Assembly (NCBI GenBank): GCA_030390025.1
Contig: CM059432.1
Span: 12,958,001-13,022,000, forward strand
Origin: Squalus acanthias
Taxonomy: Eukaryota
Length of the DNA: 64,000 nt
Direction of reading: 5' to 3'
The first letter of the stretch is position 1. Each line of letters begins with the position of its first letter. A model generated the notes under the pieces. That model saw only the letters and a program-made list of their open reading frames with translations. It ran no database searches and was not told the origin of the DNA. Both the position numbers and the translations under genes were made by a program. This document shows, in pieces, positions 61,731 to 64,000 of the stretch.

Positions 61731-61799
61731 TCAAAACATCAAAAAATAACTTGCATTTTTAGAGCACTTTTAACATAATAAAAATCCCAAGGTGCCTCA

Positions 61800-61970
61800 C
61801 ATTTTTTTTAAATTATTTCATGGAGTGTGGGCGTCCCTGGCAAGGCCAGCATTTATTGCCCATCCCTAATTGCCCTTGAGAAGGTGGGGATGAGCCGCCT
61901 TCTTGAACCGCTGCAGTCCGTGTGGTGAAGGTACTCCCACAGTGCTGTTGGGTAGGGAGTTCCAGGATTT
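61800..61970 (-). mobile_element. Zenon-like LINE 3' end
   Basis: Same 3' sequence as 11575. Confidence 0.8.
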
Positions 61971-62791
61971 AACTTAATAGTTAATAGTTCATCCATCCAC
62001 TGAGCCAGGAATTAAACTTTTAAGAAGAAACATGGAACAAGAATAGTTTCATATTCTGTTAACTATGTACTCCTGGTTACACCATCTTTTTCAAAAATGA
62101 TGAAGCGGTTAAAGTGAAACTTAAATATATTTTTAGCTACTTTTGCACCACTTTGAGCTGATTCACATAATGCACCACACGCCACATATGTTCCTCTGCA
62201 GCACTGCAGTTTGCAGAGATTAAGCCATTTTGATCATAGCCAACAAAATTTACTGTTGCAGCACTCATGAATAATGTGGCCTATTCCACTCCGTTATTTT
62301 CTGTACTCCATGCAGTCTCTAGCATGTATCCTTTATCTGTGCCAGCAGTGTTTGATATGTCCTAGAACTAGAACATAAAAATAATGATCACATATTCCAG
62401 TGCGACATGAAATTTATTAGATGGTGGGATGACAACATGACCAGAACTATTTCTCCCTTCCAGCAGCTGTAAATCTGGCATACCAAGATGTTCCACAGCT
62501 GTATTACTGGAGGTGTGGAGCTACACTGGTGCGAATGGGTTTTCGTTGAATAATTATTGGCATGTTTCATAACTTGCATTTTGTTCTTCTATACAAATCG
62601 TGGGGCTAACCATTCATACCTGCTTCTTGGCATTTTAATGAAGGAAACAGTATTTTAGGCTGGCAGTCTGTTCTTCTGCCAAAGAGGATTTTCAATATAG
62701 TGATTTACATTTAGAGAGAGGTGAGAAGACACCCAACAGAGCATAATATAAAATTGCAAATTATTTACTTTTAAATGGAAGTAAACATTTA

Positions 62792-63041
62792 ACCACCACC
62801 TCCAAGTTCCCCTCCAATTCACACACCATCCTGACTTGGAAGTATATCACCGTTCCTTCATCGTCGCTGGGTCAAAATCCTGGAATTCCCTCCCTAACAG
62901 CACTGTGGGAGTACCTTCACCACACGAACTGCAGCGGTTCAAGAAGGTGGCTCACCACCACCTTCTCAAGGGCAGTTAGGGATGGGCAATAAATGCTGGC
63001 CTTGCCAGCGACGTCCACATCCCATGAACGAAGAAAAAAAA
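62792..63041 (+). mobile_element. Zenon-like LINE 3' end
   Basis: Same 3' sequence with an A-rich tail. Confidence 0.8.
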
Positions 63042-64000
63042 TGTATGTATAGTGAGAACTACAATTAAGTCTGCCTTACCTGAATAATCTCCTCAAGGTC
63101 CTCAAAAAGTATCTCATTAACAGTGAAGGTGCTAGAATGTCACCTGACGGCCATTTTCACTGAGATCATTCAAGCCAGACAAACTTTATAGTAATATTTA
63201 TTATCAATGCAGTTTGTATATTCTGTACCACAGACTGTCATTTTTTTGTTACATGATGGGAATTAAAAAGATTATGGAACTCGGGAGATTCCTTAGCTCT
63301 GTTAGGAAGTCCAATTTATGACAGGTGAAAAGAAAACTGTGACTTCTTGAAAGTTGAAATAAAATCAAAAGATGTTGGGAATATGCCCAAAACATTAACC
63401 TCTCATTCTCTTTCAAATGCTAATTTACGGCCTGTGCCTTTTCAGCATTATTTACTCCTATTTATTTCAATTTGCAAGTACAGCCTGGAGTTTTCATTTA
63501 AAATGAAATGATCCCAACACTTAGGGTATTTACAAATGGACAATGGGGAAAATTGAAATGGCCAATTCGTTAAGCTGATGAGAAAGGCTTTCATATGTAA
63601 CTATTGTCACTCATGAATTACCAGACTCTTCTCATTATTTAATAATTTAAGTATGGTCCTGTCCCCTCACTCTGCATCTCCTATGGAGTGAGGTTCCTTT
63701 GTTAATATTTTAATTTTTCAGTAAAATTATCAGCAAGAGAATTTCATTTCTTATGTATCCCATAATAATTATCCTTATCTGTGAGATAAGCCTTAATATG
63801 ATTGATTGAGCTTTTCAAAGGAAAACAACATCTTATAAGAAAAGTGAGCTAATCAGGGGATATCATTTTGTAATATATGCTAGAGTGGTGTTACACAATT
63901 GAAGCAGGTGTTTTCTTAATGATAGCAATGGTACGGGGAAAAGATAGCTGGGCAGGGGCGTTCAGGGGCTCCCCTGCCTTGTCTTTGAGTAGGGTTGGGT

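Noticed and set aside
63080..63131. Minus-strand micro-exon TFTVNEILFEDLEEIIQ with donor CAG|gtaagg (and a similar donor at 62620)
   Set aside because: The acceptor lacks a polypyrimidine tract and no homology was recognised; not supportable without RNA data

Overview
This is eukaryotic, almost certainly cartilaginous-fish (shark) genomic DNA, not prokaryotic. Most of the window is transposable elements: several CR1 LINE families (one structurally complete copy), L2, RTE, Penelope elements with hammerhead ribozymes, Deu-domain and V-domain tRNA SINEs, Harbinger-, Tigger- and hAT-type MITEs, a 1.2-kb solo LTR and a young full-length CsRn1-clade Ty3/Gypsy element (46835-51203). Many insertions are nested, with target-site duplications (TSDs) that can be read directly. 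A 33-bp minisatellite lies at about 9990-10650. The window probably lies mostly within one long intron of a minus-strand host gene: there is a clean 147-nt exon candidate at 35-181 and a candidate first exon plus promoter at about 58308-58700, but I cannot name the gene. There is no CRISPR array, rRNA or genuine tRNA gene, and I found no evidence for a wholly new biological system. Boundaries supported by a TSD are exact to my reading; the others are approximate. Family names come from motif recognition, not database searches.
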